64,000 nucleotides of DNA. Source: Nemertoderma westbladi. Taxonomy: Eukaryota; Animalia; Xenacoelomorpha. How positions within the stretch are numbered: position 1 is the first letter of the stretch; the number at the start of each line of letters is the position of its first letter. The translations under genes were made by a program, and so were the position numbers. The notes under the pieces were generated by a model. That model worked only from the letters and a program-made list of their open reading frames with translations, did no database searches and had not been told where the DNA came from. This document shows, in pieces, positions 49,457 to 63,438 of the stretch. The DNA lies in contig JAUCBJ010001771.1 in NCBI GenBank assembly GCA_032718475.1, positions 1 to 64,000 on the forward strand, in the 5' to 3' direction.

Positions 49457-50881
49457 TTGAATCCACTTGAGGTTATCTCGGTAGAGTTAGGGCTATTTTA
49501 CAATTGCGATTAGCTACTGTAAACACACTTTAGTAGTAACATTCACCTATAAATGCACAAATTCCATACAATCATTACTTACTGCACACATGCATGCCAT
49601 TTGTCCGTTAGTCAGTGTCTTCCAGAATGTCACGTTATTACTATGTATCCTTGGATACTAATAGTGCGTTATGTATACTCTTATGCTACGCAATGGGGTA
49701 AGCTTTTATTGTTCCTTTTAACTTGCTTCTAATTCTAGCGTGGGTGTTGCCATGGTGACATTATGGAAAACTAGCGGTAGAATTAGGGCAATTCTCATGC
49801 ATACAGATCTGGGATGTTATTTAATAGTAATTCTTTAATTGTCAATATCCTCTTTATGCATGATTTTATAAATTTTATCGGCTATTGACTATATGTTGGA
49901 GATTCTCGCGCTCTAGTACACTCAATATGAATCTCCGCTCCCATGATCTATTAATTACTGGAATTTTGGGAATGTTATAAATTGCACAAAATGACAATTT
50001 ATGAAATTCATTTGAATATGAATTTAAATTTATTCCCGTGAATTTTATTATTTGATGTTAAATTGATACAAATTTTATTCCAGAGCATATCTGGGGACTT
50101 AGGATCCTTAATTCTATAAAATAGTCCTTCTAAGAGTATCGGTAAATACTGCGATATCTTAATTGACTAGAAATTTTAAAGGATCGGGATTTTACAGATT
50201 TTAATAAATATTAAATTAATATTTAGGATGGGCACCGATTTATTCCAGAACTTGTCTGGGGACGTTAACCACTGATTCTAGAATTTGTCTTTCAAGTATA
50301 TCGGTGGGTGCCACGATATCTTAATCGACTAGAATTACAGATGGTCAAAAGTTTAACAGATTTATTTGCGATTTACGCTACTGTTAGAGGGACATCACGC
50401 TACTATAAGTATTATTTAATATAAGGTAGAAGAGCAATATCGCACGAAGCAATGTCAGTGTGAAGAGGCAAGTCGTTTCCAAGGTCTACCCAGAGCTTGG
50501 TTTAGCCGAGACACGAGGATCTGAACTTTGCATTCCTAATACTCTGCCTACCAATAATACTTGAATATAGTAGTGGCTTTATTGTACTTTAAGAAGTACG
50601 GACATTTCATCTTACTGTAATCACGTATTTATAATATGATACGGACAGTAAGGAAAGAGAAAAATTATTTCTCGCCGTCGCACTGAATATATATTATAAG
50701 TAATTACGTACGTAATAAACACTAATATATTGCACTAATCTACTAAATAATCACTAAAATAACATTATACTAAATAAAATTAAAGAAAACGATTATAATA
50801 AAATTACATAATAATACATACATAAATATAAAATAAAAACAAATATAAAATGATATAGTCACACGCCCACTCCATATGTTA

Positions 50882-53800
50882 TTACGTTATAGAGTCCCTA
50901 GATATTTGTCGGATTAGGGAAGTGGTCGTAGGAAGAGTATCTTGCCTTCCATAGTTTCCGGACAGTTTTCGGTCTCTTTCCAGTAAACATAAACGACCAG
51001 CTGGGCGATTGAGTTGTTGTGTTACTTTCTCCGCTCCCTTGGCCTGTCTAATCTCCGCCGGGGTAAGATGAGGAGGCCATTCTTCTTCTTCTTTACTTAA
51101 GAAGTCGGATCCACCTAACCAGCCGGGAGTATCTATCAGTTCTTGAGGAGTTGCTCCTCTGGAAGCGATGTCGGCTGGATTAATCGTCCCAAGGCAATGT
51201 CTCCATTGATCTACATTGGAGTTAATATCGTCATTATCTGAGGAGTATGGTGTTCCTGCAGTTGGGTCGTCCACCTCACTGCTCTCCACTTCCCATTCCT
51301 TTACTTGGTATACCTGTTGTCGAGGTAATCTCTCTTTGAGAGTTCTACGGGAAGGGCCAGTGAAGTACCAACCTACTCTAGTTCTTACCGCATAGGTTTG
51401 CAGTGGCTGCGGTTGAGCAGGCCGTTTCTCCAATGGCTCGAGCGCCTCATGCGCGTTTTGGCCGATGATTATTTGCACTCCAGGATAATCTGTCTGGAAT
51501 CGAGGTATCTTAAGATGTTGGATGCTCTCATCCTCGTCCCAATTATAAAGGTCTGCTTGGGTAGTAGCGAAGTTCTTTATAGCCACCATTTTTACTGACC
51601 TTATACTTTGTGCTCCTAATTTATCCTGGGGGGTGGACAACTCACCTACATAGTAATCTGCCGTTATGGTAGATTTCCAAACCTGCATAATTCCTGACAT
51701 ATTCAATTTAGTCCGGAACTTGGGTTGTCCAGCAAAGATATCTTCGGCTAGTTCTTGATCGATGAATGTTCCTGTGCTGCCGGAGTCAAGGAGGGCGTTC
51801 ACTATGTAGCTTTTGTTAAGACCGTGAACTCTTACTTGAACTACAGGAAATTCTCTGATTCCTACGTTGGAAGCTGGAGCTTTCTAAGATGGTTGTTTGG
51901 CGAAAGTAGTTGGGGGAAACTCCGTGTCGGTGTCTTTTTCGTACGTAAGTGCTCGATACACTGCGGTATTTATTAGATAACAGGATTCGTTGGCATCGGA
52001 GAATTCGTCTGTATAGAATCCTTCCCACTCAGAACCTTGGTCAGTGTCGTTCATATCACTGAATTGGACATGTAGTTCGGGCTCACTTACCTGACTCGGG
52101 TTGTCTCGTTCGAACTCACTGTGTAACAAGATGTGATGTTTCGTGCCACACTTTGCACACTTTACGTCGGAGTAACAGGTTCGCCGTTGGTGTCCAGATC
52201 TGAGGCAATTATAGCATAACCGCTTATTCCACAGGACTGTACGTCTGTCTACAGGGGATTTCTTTAGAAATTCAGCACACGCACTCAAACGGTGGGGCCC
52301 GTCGCACAGCGCACATTTTGGTTTGATGTTACTCACCTTACCTTGGGTAACGTTATGCACTCTCGTTCTTTCTTCGGGCTTTCTTCCGTGAATTCTCTTA
52401 GGAGACGTAGGAGGAGTTGTTGTTACCTGTTCTCTCCTGTCACTGATTCGAGACTTGTATTTACTTACGTCTTTATAGGTCTTGTTGTCATAGTAAGATT
52501 TTGCTGTGTCTTTCCCGCTGTCCTCTTCTTGAGAAGCTTGGCTCTCGCCGTCGTCAGTGTAACACACTGGTATTATCCTTCTCCTAGAAACGGGTTTCTC
52601 ACTTACCTTATTTTCCGATGTTTTCTCTCTGGACTGCCTTATGAGTTGTAATTTTACTTCACTATCTAAGAAGGACATGAGATAAGCCATGGTAGGACTT
52701 CGTCGTTGTTGTTCATTCATGTACAACACTTTCTTGTCCCAGCGCGTACATACTCCACCCTTTGGTAAAGTAGAGACTACGGCTCCAATGACCATGGAAC
52801 TCTGATATTCATGCGACTTACCTAACCAGTCCAGTTGTCTACAGATCTCTTGAATTTCATCGGAAAACTCTATAATCCCGCTACTAAGGAAGTGTCGGGG
52901 GGCTACTAATTTTGCATACAAATATTTAGCTATGTTATCCTTGTTACCATACCTGATGTTTAATGTATCCCAAACTTGTCTTAATCCTTCTGGATGTCCA
53001 ATAAACTTTAACGCCATTAACTTGGGAGGTCCTTCCTAGCACTTGATGAGGAATCTAAGTTTCTCTCCGTTAGATAGTACAGAGTTCTGTATGCTATCTT
53101 TGTAATATTCGTTGAAAGGTACCCATTTCATCTCATCTCCATTGAATTTGACGATCTCTCCCACTTTGACCGCTTGGCGGGCTTCTGTTCTAGCCATCTG
53201 ACGCGTAAAGCTTTCTTGGGCCATCGTGTTATTTAATATCGAATTATCGGTATACAAATTTCTCGGATCATTATCAGGTCTATAGGGAATATCATTAATA
53301 ACAGGTCTATAATCACCCTTAATAGGGTTTGCTATAGGAGTTTCAACTTCACTAGCAGTATAGATGCGTGTAGGCTCCACACCTTGCGCATGTAATACTT
53401 CAGACCTAACGGGTTGACACAATGTTACAGGGGGTATTGGTATGCCTTTTTGTATATTGACTAATTTGTCGCGTTCTAGCGCGATACTTTGCTGCACTTC
53501 TTGCAACTCTGCTCTACCTTCCCTCACTGTTCCCTTAAGTTGGTGGACAGTCTCCTGCATCTGTCCTAGCAGGAGATTCATACCCCGCCGTCCCTCTTCC
53601 ACCCACTCAACCGCCGAAGCGGGAGTCGCCAACATAGTAGCGGGCTGACGCGGGACGACGGGAGACAAATTATTGATTTCTCTCTCTGCTATCTGGACAG
53701 GGGTATTTGCATGGACTGTTCCACCGGGTACAGGCAGTGTAGTACTATGTAAAGGGAATTTAGAGTTAAGCTCTGGAAGTGCAGGAGTCTCTAGCACAGA

Positions 53801-54991
53801 AGTGACTTTGGGAACAACAGGCCTAATTATTTCAGGTTCATCGACTATAATAGGGAGTCTTTTGACCTGGATAAATTGTTCTATGGGTTCTGCACTACCT
53901 AAGTCTGTGCTAGTTAGCTGTCTTTTAACAGCTGGGGGCAAATCAGGCAATTTGTGACGGTGAGATGTTTTTCTACGCCTGCTTAGACGAGATCTATTTC
54001 CTCCGCCTTCAGGATCGGTGGTCTCGCCTTCCTCCGAGGATGTGTATCCCTGGCGCTTGGGAGTAGATTTTCTCATCATCTGCATTTGATTAGCAGTAAA
54101 CTGTTTATTTATACTGTCTTGTGTCTCTTGCAGATTTTCCAACTCCAGTTGGGTAGTCTGCTCAGATGCTCTCCTTTCTGCTTCTGCCACTGCCTTTGCT
54201 GCCTTTCTTTCTGCTTCTGCATCTGCCATAGCCGCCGCCTTTTGTTCCTCTATCCTTCTTTTCTTTATTTGTTCTTCTTGGACTCTAACGAGGCGGAGTT
54301 TTTCATCACATTCAGCTTGGTTTGCAGCTAACATTTCGGCATCGATTGAGTCCAACACAAGCTTGGTTCCTTCACTATTAGGGGAAAGTCCAGACAGCCG
54401 TCTCCTCAACTCTTCGTCTCCTAGGAATCGCTGATAGTCGGACAAATAAATGTCGATAGCGTCTCTAGTTCGCGGCTTCTCTGCTGATGTTAATTCGCTT
54501 TCCACTTCGCTTTCCACCTCGCTTTCCACTTCGCTTTCCACCTCACTTTCCACTTCGCTTTCCACCTCACTTTCCACTTGAGAAGAAGTGGCGTCGGTTG
54601 ATTCTTCATAGGTTGGCCGCTCATCATAAACCGTATCCGCCATCTTCGCTCCGCGTTCGGGCGTCCGCTCAACAGTATCCGAACTACTGGAGCTATCGGT
54701 CCGCTGAGAACTAGGTTCTTGGCTAGGAGGTTGCTGCTGTTTTATAGCTTCTTCTTGATCCCGCTTGACTTGGGCCCGAGTGCCTATGGCAGACCAACGG
54801 CGCTTCACTAACTTCGCGAATTGCGAAATCTTTTCTACCAACCTAGGTTCTGACACAACCACTGCAGGGGTTGCCCTTCTTACAGTATGAGGGGTTTCAG
54901 ACCTCGGTCTGGGATTCTCTACACTTTGATCTGAGAAACAGGCTGTTGTTTCTAGGAGACTATCTGACAGAGTTTGCCTTGTGTCAGCCAT
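50882..54991 (-). pseudogene. E2 gag-protease fused in frame to small RNase H and integrase-tail remnants; two nonsense codons
   Basis: ORFs 53036-54991, 51884-53017 and 50882-51802 share one frame and are separated by TAG codons (TTG and TGG in E1). Three zinc knuckles, ALLDSGSTGTF protease, then QWRHCLGTINPADIASRG and QQLNRPAGRLCLLE. Confidence 0.92.
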
Positions 54992-57153
54992 GTTTGATTG
55001 TACAGTCGAATGCCTACTGCTATATTACAGTTAAAGCAAGTCTAGTAATTCAGTATCACTGTTAGCCTAATAATTAATTACCGATACTGCTACTCAGTGT
55101 AGCGTGATATATATATAATATATTAGAATACCGGTATGCTTATAATATATATATAAGTATTATTACAGACTAGATTTGTCACAGAGTACCGGTATATAAT
55201 TTTAGCACAAATATATATAAATATATAATAGGCCTATCGTGAATACCGGTATACAGCCTACACTTATAGTATATAAGTATAATTCTGGACTATAATTAAT
55301 TACAGAGTACCGGTATGATTTCAGCACAAATTTATAGAAATAAATATAATAAGCCTATGGTAAATACCGGTATGTCAATTATTTTAGAATAATTGAATTT
55401 CTGAATATTTTAGGGTTACTTGGTTACTTTAACTTACTTTGTTACCGTTATTTAAGCAGTAGTCCAACTGATTTTGAGACCTAGTTGTTGTATGGCAGGC
55501 CTACTATTTATAAATCGTTTGAGTTGATTTATAATATATATATACCCGTTTAAAAGGGTTTTGTCAATATTTGAAATAAATGTTATTATTTCTGGGGGAG
55601 TCACTACACAGAAGCTGAACGCCTCTCAGTGAAGTGCTATTTATTTGACACTAAAACTGATAATTCTAATTTACCTAAGTTACTTAATACTACAAATTAC
55701 TTACGATACTGATGAGATTAATTCTCTAATTAAACACAACAAAATATTACGTACGAAATTTTTAGGGTAATTTTACAGGAAGTCTACAAACCAGCCTAAC
55801 AAAGGGTTAGAATTCTGGTTATTACAACGGACAGGGTTCTACGGTATTTGAAATAATAAGTAGTAGTAAATATATTGCACTGTCCAGATAGGAAAATACC
55901 ACCGCCTGACGACCTATAACCGTATCGCTATAGGTACTACGTTATGTATCACGGATTGTTCCTACCCAGAAGCTAATAGAGCTAACGAATGTGCCTATCA
56001 ACCACTTTACAACACAAATATACTGCCTACACTAATTACTTCGGAAAGCACTGTACACTAAACCCTAAATTAGGTACAAGTACCGGTATAGCAAATAATC
56101 AGTAGTTAAATATACTTGAACAGTTAAAAGAACCACGGCATCTGCTGGAGTGACCAAAGCACAAAATCTCCAGTCTTTACCTACGCCGAGCAGCCCTGAT
56201 GTAGTACCGGGGTTAGTTTAACTATAACGGTATGTATAACAAGCACAATTACTGTAGGAATAAACTTGGGGACATGAATGTTGCGAATAATCGCATAAAC
56301 TCTGAATAATAAATATTACGCTACCCGTACAAAATACTCAAACAAATACAAACCAAACGTTGGCAAACTACTATCAAGCCTAAACAAACTACAGTATGTG
56401 CAGATTCTGAAACTGTTAGTTAGTATGCGTTCTAACACGGTAGTACGACTTACTCTTTAAGAGGGGATTGACCTTACCGCATATGGCTGCCCCAACTTAC
56501 TAACGGCACTTTATCAGACCAACTCTACACACGCAGCAATCCCTTCAGGCCTAAGAATAGCTAGACAACAATCTAGCCTACAAATATTTGAGTAATAACT
56601 ATTACGGTACCTGAACAGACCACACAAACAAACACAGACTAAAACACTGGCAGACTACGATCAAGCCTAAATAAACTACAGTATATGTAGACTCTGAAAC
56701 TGTTAGTTAGTATGCGTTCTAACACGGTAGTGCGACTTATTCTTTAAGAGGGGATTGACCTTACCGCATATGGCTGCCCCAACTTACTAACGGCACTTTA
56801 TCAGACAAACTCTACACACGCCGTAATCTCTCCAAACTCAACAACAGTCAGACAGCAGCTCAGCCTACAATTATCTGGACAATCTGAGCAGGGTCACACG
56901 CCTTCTGCTCAATATTAGCCTACTAGTAAATAAAACTGACAGCAATAGACCTAAGTAAAATCCCAATAAAAACCAGGCGTCCCCGATTTAATATCGAGAC
57001 CTACCGGTATACAATAATCAAAATCGAATAATACTAAATGTATTTGTACAGCAGTACCGGTTAGGACAGTTGGGCCTACAGACCTACAGAAATACCGGTT
57101 ACTACGGTATTTTGCAACCTTATTGCCTACTGCAATAAGATTATAACTGTTAC

Positions 57154-58335
57154 TGTTCGCGCTTTTGAAGACCTTTAGCAGTTTAACCTGCCAAAATTTA
57201 TATGTCTTTTAGTTAATTAACACACCTTTAGCATACGACAATATTTTATGCTAATAAACAAAACATTAGCCGAAGCCAGCCCATGCGCGATCATTCACCC
57301 GATGGATCTACACCCGGGAGGCTGAATTCGGATGCTTAGATTTTATTATTGCAGTGTAAGGTTGCAGTGTAAACCTATTGTATTATTCGATAGATCACTA
57401 ATAATTAATTTCTGACAGATATTATTAACTTTCGGGAAATATTAACAGTTCCTTTAGGACGTGGCGCTCTATCTATTTAAACAGAGCTAGGACTTATACT
57501 AAACGCAACGATAAGGCTTATGATTAAAGTATAAGTCGCATTCTTTAGGAAATGCTTTGTTACCAGTCACATCACACTCACAATCATGCACACTATTCTG
57601 CCGACCGTCAGTATATTTGATCACACATAAAGAGAACAGCAATTGACTCAGGTAGTGTCTACTAAATAACATTAGATTCAATACACACCACATTGATATA
57701 AATCGCAATTGTTATATATAGCCTGTCTCTCTAACCTGTAGTGTATCAAGAAATTGGGAAATTTGGGTGATTTATCAATATTCTCCAAATGACAATATTT
57801 CATCAACAAATCGATACAATTAATAACTGACGGCAAATAGCAGTACAAACAATATGATTAGTGCAGTTATATTAAGTGAGGTAACACCGCCGGTAACAGT
57901 TATACTTTCTATAATCTAAGCAGTTTTACTAGAGTTGTTCCAAAAGCCGGTGTTATGGCGAAAAATGGGAACACAACAACAGAAACATGTGACTACTACT
58001 CTATACGAAGATACCAACTCCCTTATTCCACGAAGCTCCCGTTCAACACAGAGGATGAGCATAGAGATAGGAAATTCAGTTCAGTAGCGCTGGGATAGGT
58101 CGAAATCAACGCCTACGCAAATTCTATTGGCCGACACGGACAGCAAGGCTTAGGCAACCTCTCTAGGCTAGTTGGCCGATTAAACTGAGCCCAGATATCT
58201 CCGTACAGCACATCAGCCAATAAGCCGGTAGCTTGCACTATTTTAGTTATAAATCCCTTTGAGAGTATTCTAGCGACTGGGGGGGAACTGGCCAGCAAAG
58301 GCAAACGTATCAGTTATCCCACAAAAGCTTTTACA
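57154..58335 (-). repeat. E2 5' LTR
   Basis: Direct copy of 46552-47733. Followed on the - strand by GTAACAGTTATA (57153-57142), which is complementary to LTR positions 57893-57904. Confidence 0.95.
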
Positions 58336-59655
58336 GTTACCAATGAGGCGCGGGCCTACGTAATCTTAAATATCATCGTAATATTAAAATAATAAAGACC
58401 TACTACCCTATGTAATGCAGCTTTGGTAAATTAATGCCATTTTTATTGAGAAGGAATATTCCACATGATTGGGGTGTTGTGACAGTAAAATAAGTATCAA
58501 ATTTATAAGACTATAAATTATGGGAATGCAATGAAACCATGGAATACTAAATATACATGTATATTTAGTATTCCATGATGAAACACTCTTAGACTGTAAC
58601 ACAGTCGATGTCGATCTACTTAGAAATAAACAATACCACGAGAAATGAGTGAGTTTATTCGATATTATAGAAGTTGGTACAAATGAAGCTGGTGGAGATG
58701 AATCAGATTTAGAAGATCAAGTATTCGATTCTGGTGAACGAACAAGGAACAAACAACATTAATAATAAATTAAAATGGTTAATCTTAAATTTTGATTTAC
58801 ATGTGTTTTTATTTCAAACGCTGTAGTAAAGTTTATATTTTTCAATTCGTTGTTTGCAATATTTAATTTTAGAAATATTTCTAAACAAGTTTAAAAAATT
58901 TAGAAATCACTATTTTATTTATAAATTTCACTAACATATTTAGAAAAAAAAACCCTGCTTCCACATGACATGGACTTGGTGTGAGTCGATTCAGCAGTTA
59001 ACCAATTCGCACCAGATTGACGAAATTTTTAATGTTTTACTAATCTTGTACAATGAATAAAGCTCAAAAAATCCTGATGATGATAAGAGGATTTGGATTC
59101 CATTGAGTTGACTACGAATAAATTGTTGTGGATATTTAATTATCTAATCAGCTAATTGTAATTTATCGTACGGCAGTACGGTACTAGACCACACCAATAT
59201 GGTGGCCATGAGCGCCCAGTTTTGTAATCTTTTTTTGTTCACCGATTTTGCAAACTCTATTTGGCTAGAGTGGTTTCTATACCGCACCCTTGCTTGGTTC
59301 ATTGGTTGTGACTTATGTGAAATTATAGCGGTAAGCGGGGGAAATTTAAAATTTTCCCACTATGCCTCGATAGCCGCTGAAAGTAACTATAAACTGCTGT
59401 ACTGACGGACTGACTTACTGCATACTGTACTTCTGTACTAAAGTTAGGCCAAGTTCTCACTGTCTCAAGCTGCAGTAGCTCCAGGCTGCCAGGTATTGCT
59501 GTATTGGTCGATTCGTAATGGTATCCTATTCCATATCAGCATATCATAACGGTGTAGATAGCCTAATGGAGTAGCCCCTAGTAGAAAGACAGAGAGAGAG
59601 AACGGAGGAAGCCAACGTAACTGCTGCTACTGACAGACTGGACTACCAAACCAAT

Positions 59656-62600
59656 ATGGCAGAAGAAACTGAGAATACATTCAGAATTCTAGTAACCACC
59701 GATAATCACCTTGGCTATATGGAGAAGGATCCTTTAAGGGCTAACGACTCCTTTGTTAGCTTCGAAGAAACTCTAAAGGTCGCAGTGGAAAAGGACGTAG
59801 ATTTCATTCTACTGGGCGGCGATCTCTTCCACGAGAATAAACCGTCCCGACAGACTATCTACCGGTGTGTAGAACTCCTCAGAAAGTATTCCTTGGGTAG
59901 CAAACCCTGTCAGGTATATAATTATTCATACAGTCGTAGCTAAACACAAATATAGCTAGCTAAATACTGTCAGGCGTTTCATTAATCTATTTTTTAATTG
60001 TTTTTACAGCGAACAATGCGGGATGGGTAGATTAGCACTAGATGGAAATTATTTAGATTTTTTGTCAGTTCACTGTAAAGTGTTACTGGTACTAGTGTTG
60101 CCCGTGTCACCATTATTCTGCCTTTCATCATAGCTGTAGCTGGTTTTGGTTTGACATCCAAAAATATTAAAGTACCAAAAAAATACAAAACATAATGTTT
60201 TGGGCTATTGATTTATGTTCTTGACATATTTTGGCGAGTTACATGTGAAAAAAAATTTTTTTTAAAGAAAATGAAAACAAATGTTTGTGGTAGCTAGTGT
60301 TTTCATAAAATAGCTACCACAAAATCTTATTTTTTGATGCCATTTCAGATGCCATTGAACCAACGCATGTGGTAGAAGTAAAATGTCCAACATCAAAACA
60401 TGCCATTCAAAAATCTTATCTTTCACAATCGAATATCGTAAGCGCTAAATTCATGGCACAAATCCAACTTCAAATGCTTCTTTGCAATAAACAATGGGCC
60501 TTGTTTTGTGTCGCAGATCCATCTTTTGAAATAAACAGCGAAGTGAAAATAGTTTATATATAAAATATACATGCAAAGTTTACTGAAAAGTAGTAGTAGC
60601 TTCTGGAAGGAATATATATTTCCAAAAATTGTGAAAAAATAGATAATTAAAAAATGTAAATTATAGTTATAGTTCAACTAAATTCTAATTAATGCTGATT
60701 GTATTGATGGATTGGGATGGCAGCTGAAGATATTTTTACTACGTCATCAATTACAGGGATTGTCTTGAAAGGAATCACTGGATGGGGTTCCAACATCTTG
60801 TATTCCCGTATACGTCTTATTAACCTTTCCACATGGACTAACTATCAATGCTATTTGGAATTCAATAATTTAACTTCATGTATAAAAATAATTGCAATCG
60901 AAAAAGTGCGAATCCACAATCTAATCCAAAGTAATCTAAGTTTTGAAGCTTAATAAAACATCAATAAGCTACTGGATTTCTACCACCTGGCAGTTTTAGC
61001 TACAAATATATTTTATTTTTATAGCTAACAACTGTATAGTTTGGGATAAATAAATATTATTCTGGAATAATTAACTTGTTATGAATCAATTTCCGCCATA
61101 AAGATATCAAATAATGTATTCTTAACACAACACAAAAACACACCAAATAAATATTAGCTACATTATTTATTTTAGTTACTAAGAGATTTATATCGTATCG
61201 TAACCAATGAACATTTAGTGCTGCACTAGTGACGTCACTCGTGCAGTTTTCTGAAACGGCCTGATTTTTCGATGTTGCTAATTTTGCGTTTTAAAATCCG
61301 CTATAATTCGGCCAAAATATTATTTTTTTTAAGTAAAATTTCTCTCTGGGGTTTTTTCACATGCTCTTTCACATGAAACCAACGAAAACTCGAAAAAAAT
61401 TTTCCGAGTCGTCTACTCCATTCTATTTCTAATCAAATTTACTGTACAATAAGAAGGTTCTTCTATCGATGTTTTGGCTCTGCCTGCGGTGCTGCAGTGG
61501 GGGTCATGGTGGAGGGTTGTAATTGTATACATTAATACATAATAAAAGTATTATTGCATGAGTAATTAATTCGCCAGCGCTTTGGAACCGATACGTATAC
61601 CGACAGTATAAGGGCATTATGTATTATTTTATTAGCTTCAATCGCTATTTCAGGTTGAGTTCCAGAGCGACCACAAAGTCAACTTCGCCCACTGTCCCTT
61701 CCCTGTGGTTAACTACGAGGACCCCAACTATAACGTTAGCTACCCAATATTCTCTATCCATGGCAACCACGATGACCCAGCCGGATCCGGCGACCTCTGT
61801 GTCCTCGACCTCCTTAGCGTCTCCGGCCTCGTCAACTTCTTCGGGAAGCACACCAACCTCGAGGAGATCACGATGACACCGCTGCTGTTACGGAAGGGGA
61901 CTTCGACGCTGGCGCTCTACGGGTTGGGAGCTATACGAGACGAAAGACTACATCGTATGTTCGTAGCTGATAGAGTCAAGTGTCTGAAACCCCCGGACTC
62001 TGTGGACCGGTTCAACGTCATGGTTATCCACCAGAACCGCGCGGTACACGGCGCCAAGAACCACATCCCGGAGTCGTTCCTGGGCAGCTTCCTGGACCTC
62101 GTGGTCTGGGGTCACGAACACGAGAGTCGTCTATCCCCGGAGTTCGTGGACAGTAAATCATTCTACGTGATGCAACCGGGATCTACAGTGTCCACCAGTC
62201 TATCCCTCGGGGAGGCTGGACCTAAACACTGCTTCGTGTTGGAAATCCGGGGGAATCAGTTCAAATCCACCCAGATTCCTTTGAAGACGGTCAGACAGTT
62301 CTACATTCGTGATTATGCGCTTAAAGACTCCAATATCGACGTGAGAGACCCCGAGGTCGATTTATTAGTCCAGGAATACTGCGAGGAGTTAGTGGAATCT
62401 TTATTAGATAAAGCTAGAAGGGAGCATTCGGGCGACCCCTTGCAGCCCAAAGAGCCGCTGGTTCGTCTGCGGGTAGACCACAGCGGGGGCTATCAGACCT
62501 TCTCCGTGAATCGATTCGCACAGAAGTTTATTTCCAAGGTGGCGAACCCCCGGGATATCATCCAGTTCTCGAGAAAGAAACCCCCCGGGGATAAGGAGGC

Positions 62601-63438
62601 GGAGGGCCGGAGTCTGGCTGCGTTGGGCCAGCTGGAGACGTTGGCGAGACCCGCGCTGTTGGGCGGAGTCACCATGGAGACCGTGTTGCAGAGGTTCTTT
62701 AAGGAGACGGATCGGGATAATCAGATGAGTTTACTGACGGGGCGAGGGATGGCGAACGCGGTTGATGAATTCGTTAATAAGGAAGAGGCGGATGTCGTTA
62801 TGGAGATGGTCAAACATCAAAGAAAGAAAACTAGGGCGTATCTGATTGAAAGTCAAGTGACTAGAGAGGGAAATATTAGGGAGCAGATTGGGAAGTATAA
62901 GGATGAGAGAGCGGCCCGGATGACAAGGGAAGAGGAGGCGAGAGAGACGATGGAGGTAGTGGATAGGGCGAGGAGAGGGGCCAATGTTAGCGAGGATGTG
63001 TTGATAGATGATGACGAAATGGATGTTGGTAGGGGGGACGGGGAATGCCCCCCTAGACCGGCTACTGGGAAGGGGTCCCGCGGAGGTAGGGGGTCCAGGG
63101 GTGGGCGGGGGGCCCGCGGGCGCGGGAAGAAGGACTTGGGTACTCAGAGGACTTTAGACGATACTTTTGGAGCTGCCAATGATGCCGCTAGGGGGCGGGG
63201 GGCTACCAACGGTCGCTCCTCTAGGAGAGGAGCGGGCAGTTCCACAGCCGCCGCTAGGGGGCGTGGTTCGCGCGCCAACCCTCTCTCTATAGAAAACGAT
63301 TCAGACAACGATGAGGGATTTATATCTCGGTCGTCGCGTAATACATCTAGGGTCTCGAGCGCCACATCGAAGCGGCCTCGATACCAATACTCGAGCGGGA
63401 GTGATTCGGAAAACGAAAATCTATTCCGAAGGCAATAA
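59656..63438 (+). CDS. MRE11: Double-strand break repair nuclease MRE11, ~680 aa; exons 59656-59913 and 61654-63438
   Basis: Phosphoesterase motifs [35 protein letters not shown]; VNYEDPN; PLVRLRVD capping region; C-terminal RGG/GAR tract. A CAG|GT...CAG phase-0 intron joins ...KPCQ to VEFQSD.... Confidence 0.97.
60349..60840. mobile_element. ISL2EU/PIF-Harbinger-related transposon remnant in the MRE11 intron (convergent YqaJ-like nuclease and DDE transposase 3' ends)
   Basis: + strand: D....VVEVKCP...AQIQLQM...ALFCV (YqaJ/lambda-exonuclease-like). - strand at ~60700-60838: [19 protein letters not shown] (C-terminal motif of DDE_Tnp_4-type transposases). Confidence 0.68.

Larger units (their letters stand above)
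46552..58335 (-). mobile_element. BEL/Pao LTR retrotransposon copy E2 (11784 bp), non-autonomous deletion derivative
   Basis: Two 1182-bp LTRs (TGTAAAAGC...GCGCGAACA on -). 5-bp TSD GTTAC (46547-46551 and 58336-58340). PPT GGGAGCGG. Gag and protease retained; RT, most of RNase H and integrase deleted. Confidence 0.96.

Noticed and set aside
55700-55765. Hammerhead ribozyme (CTGATGA...GAAA)
   Set aside because: I could not build the required stems around the core motifs.
58620-58780. Acidic coding-like stretch, possibly a Harbinger transposase tail
   Set aside because: Too short, with no diagnostic motif.
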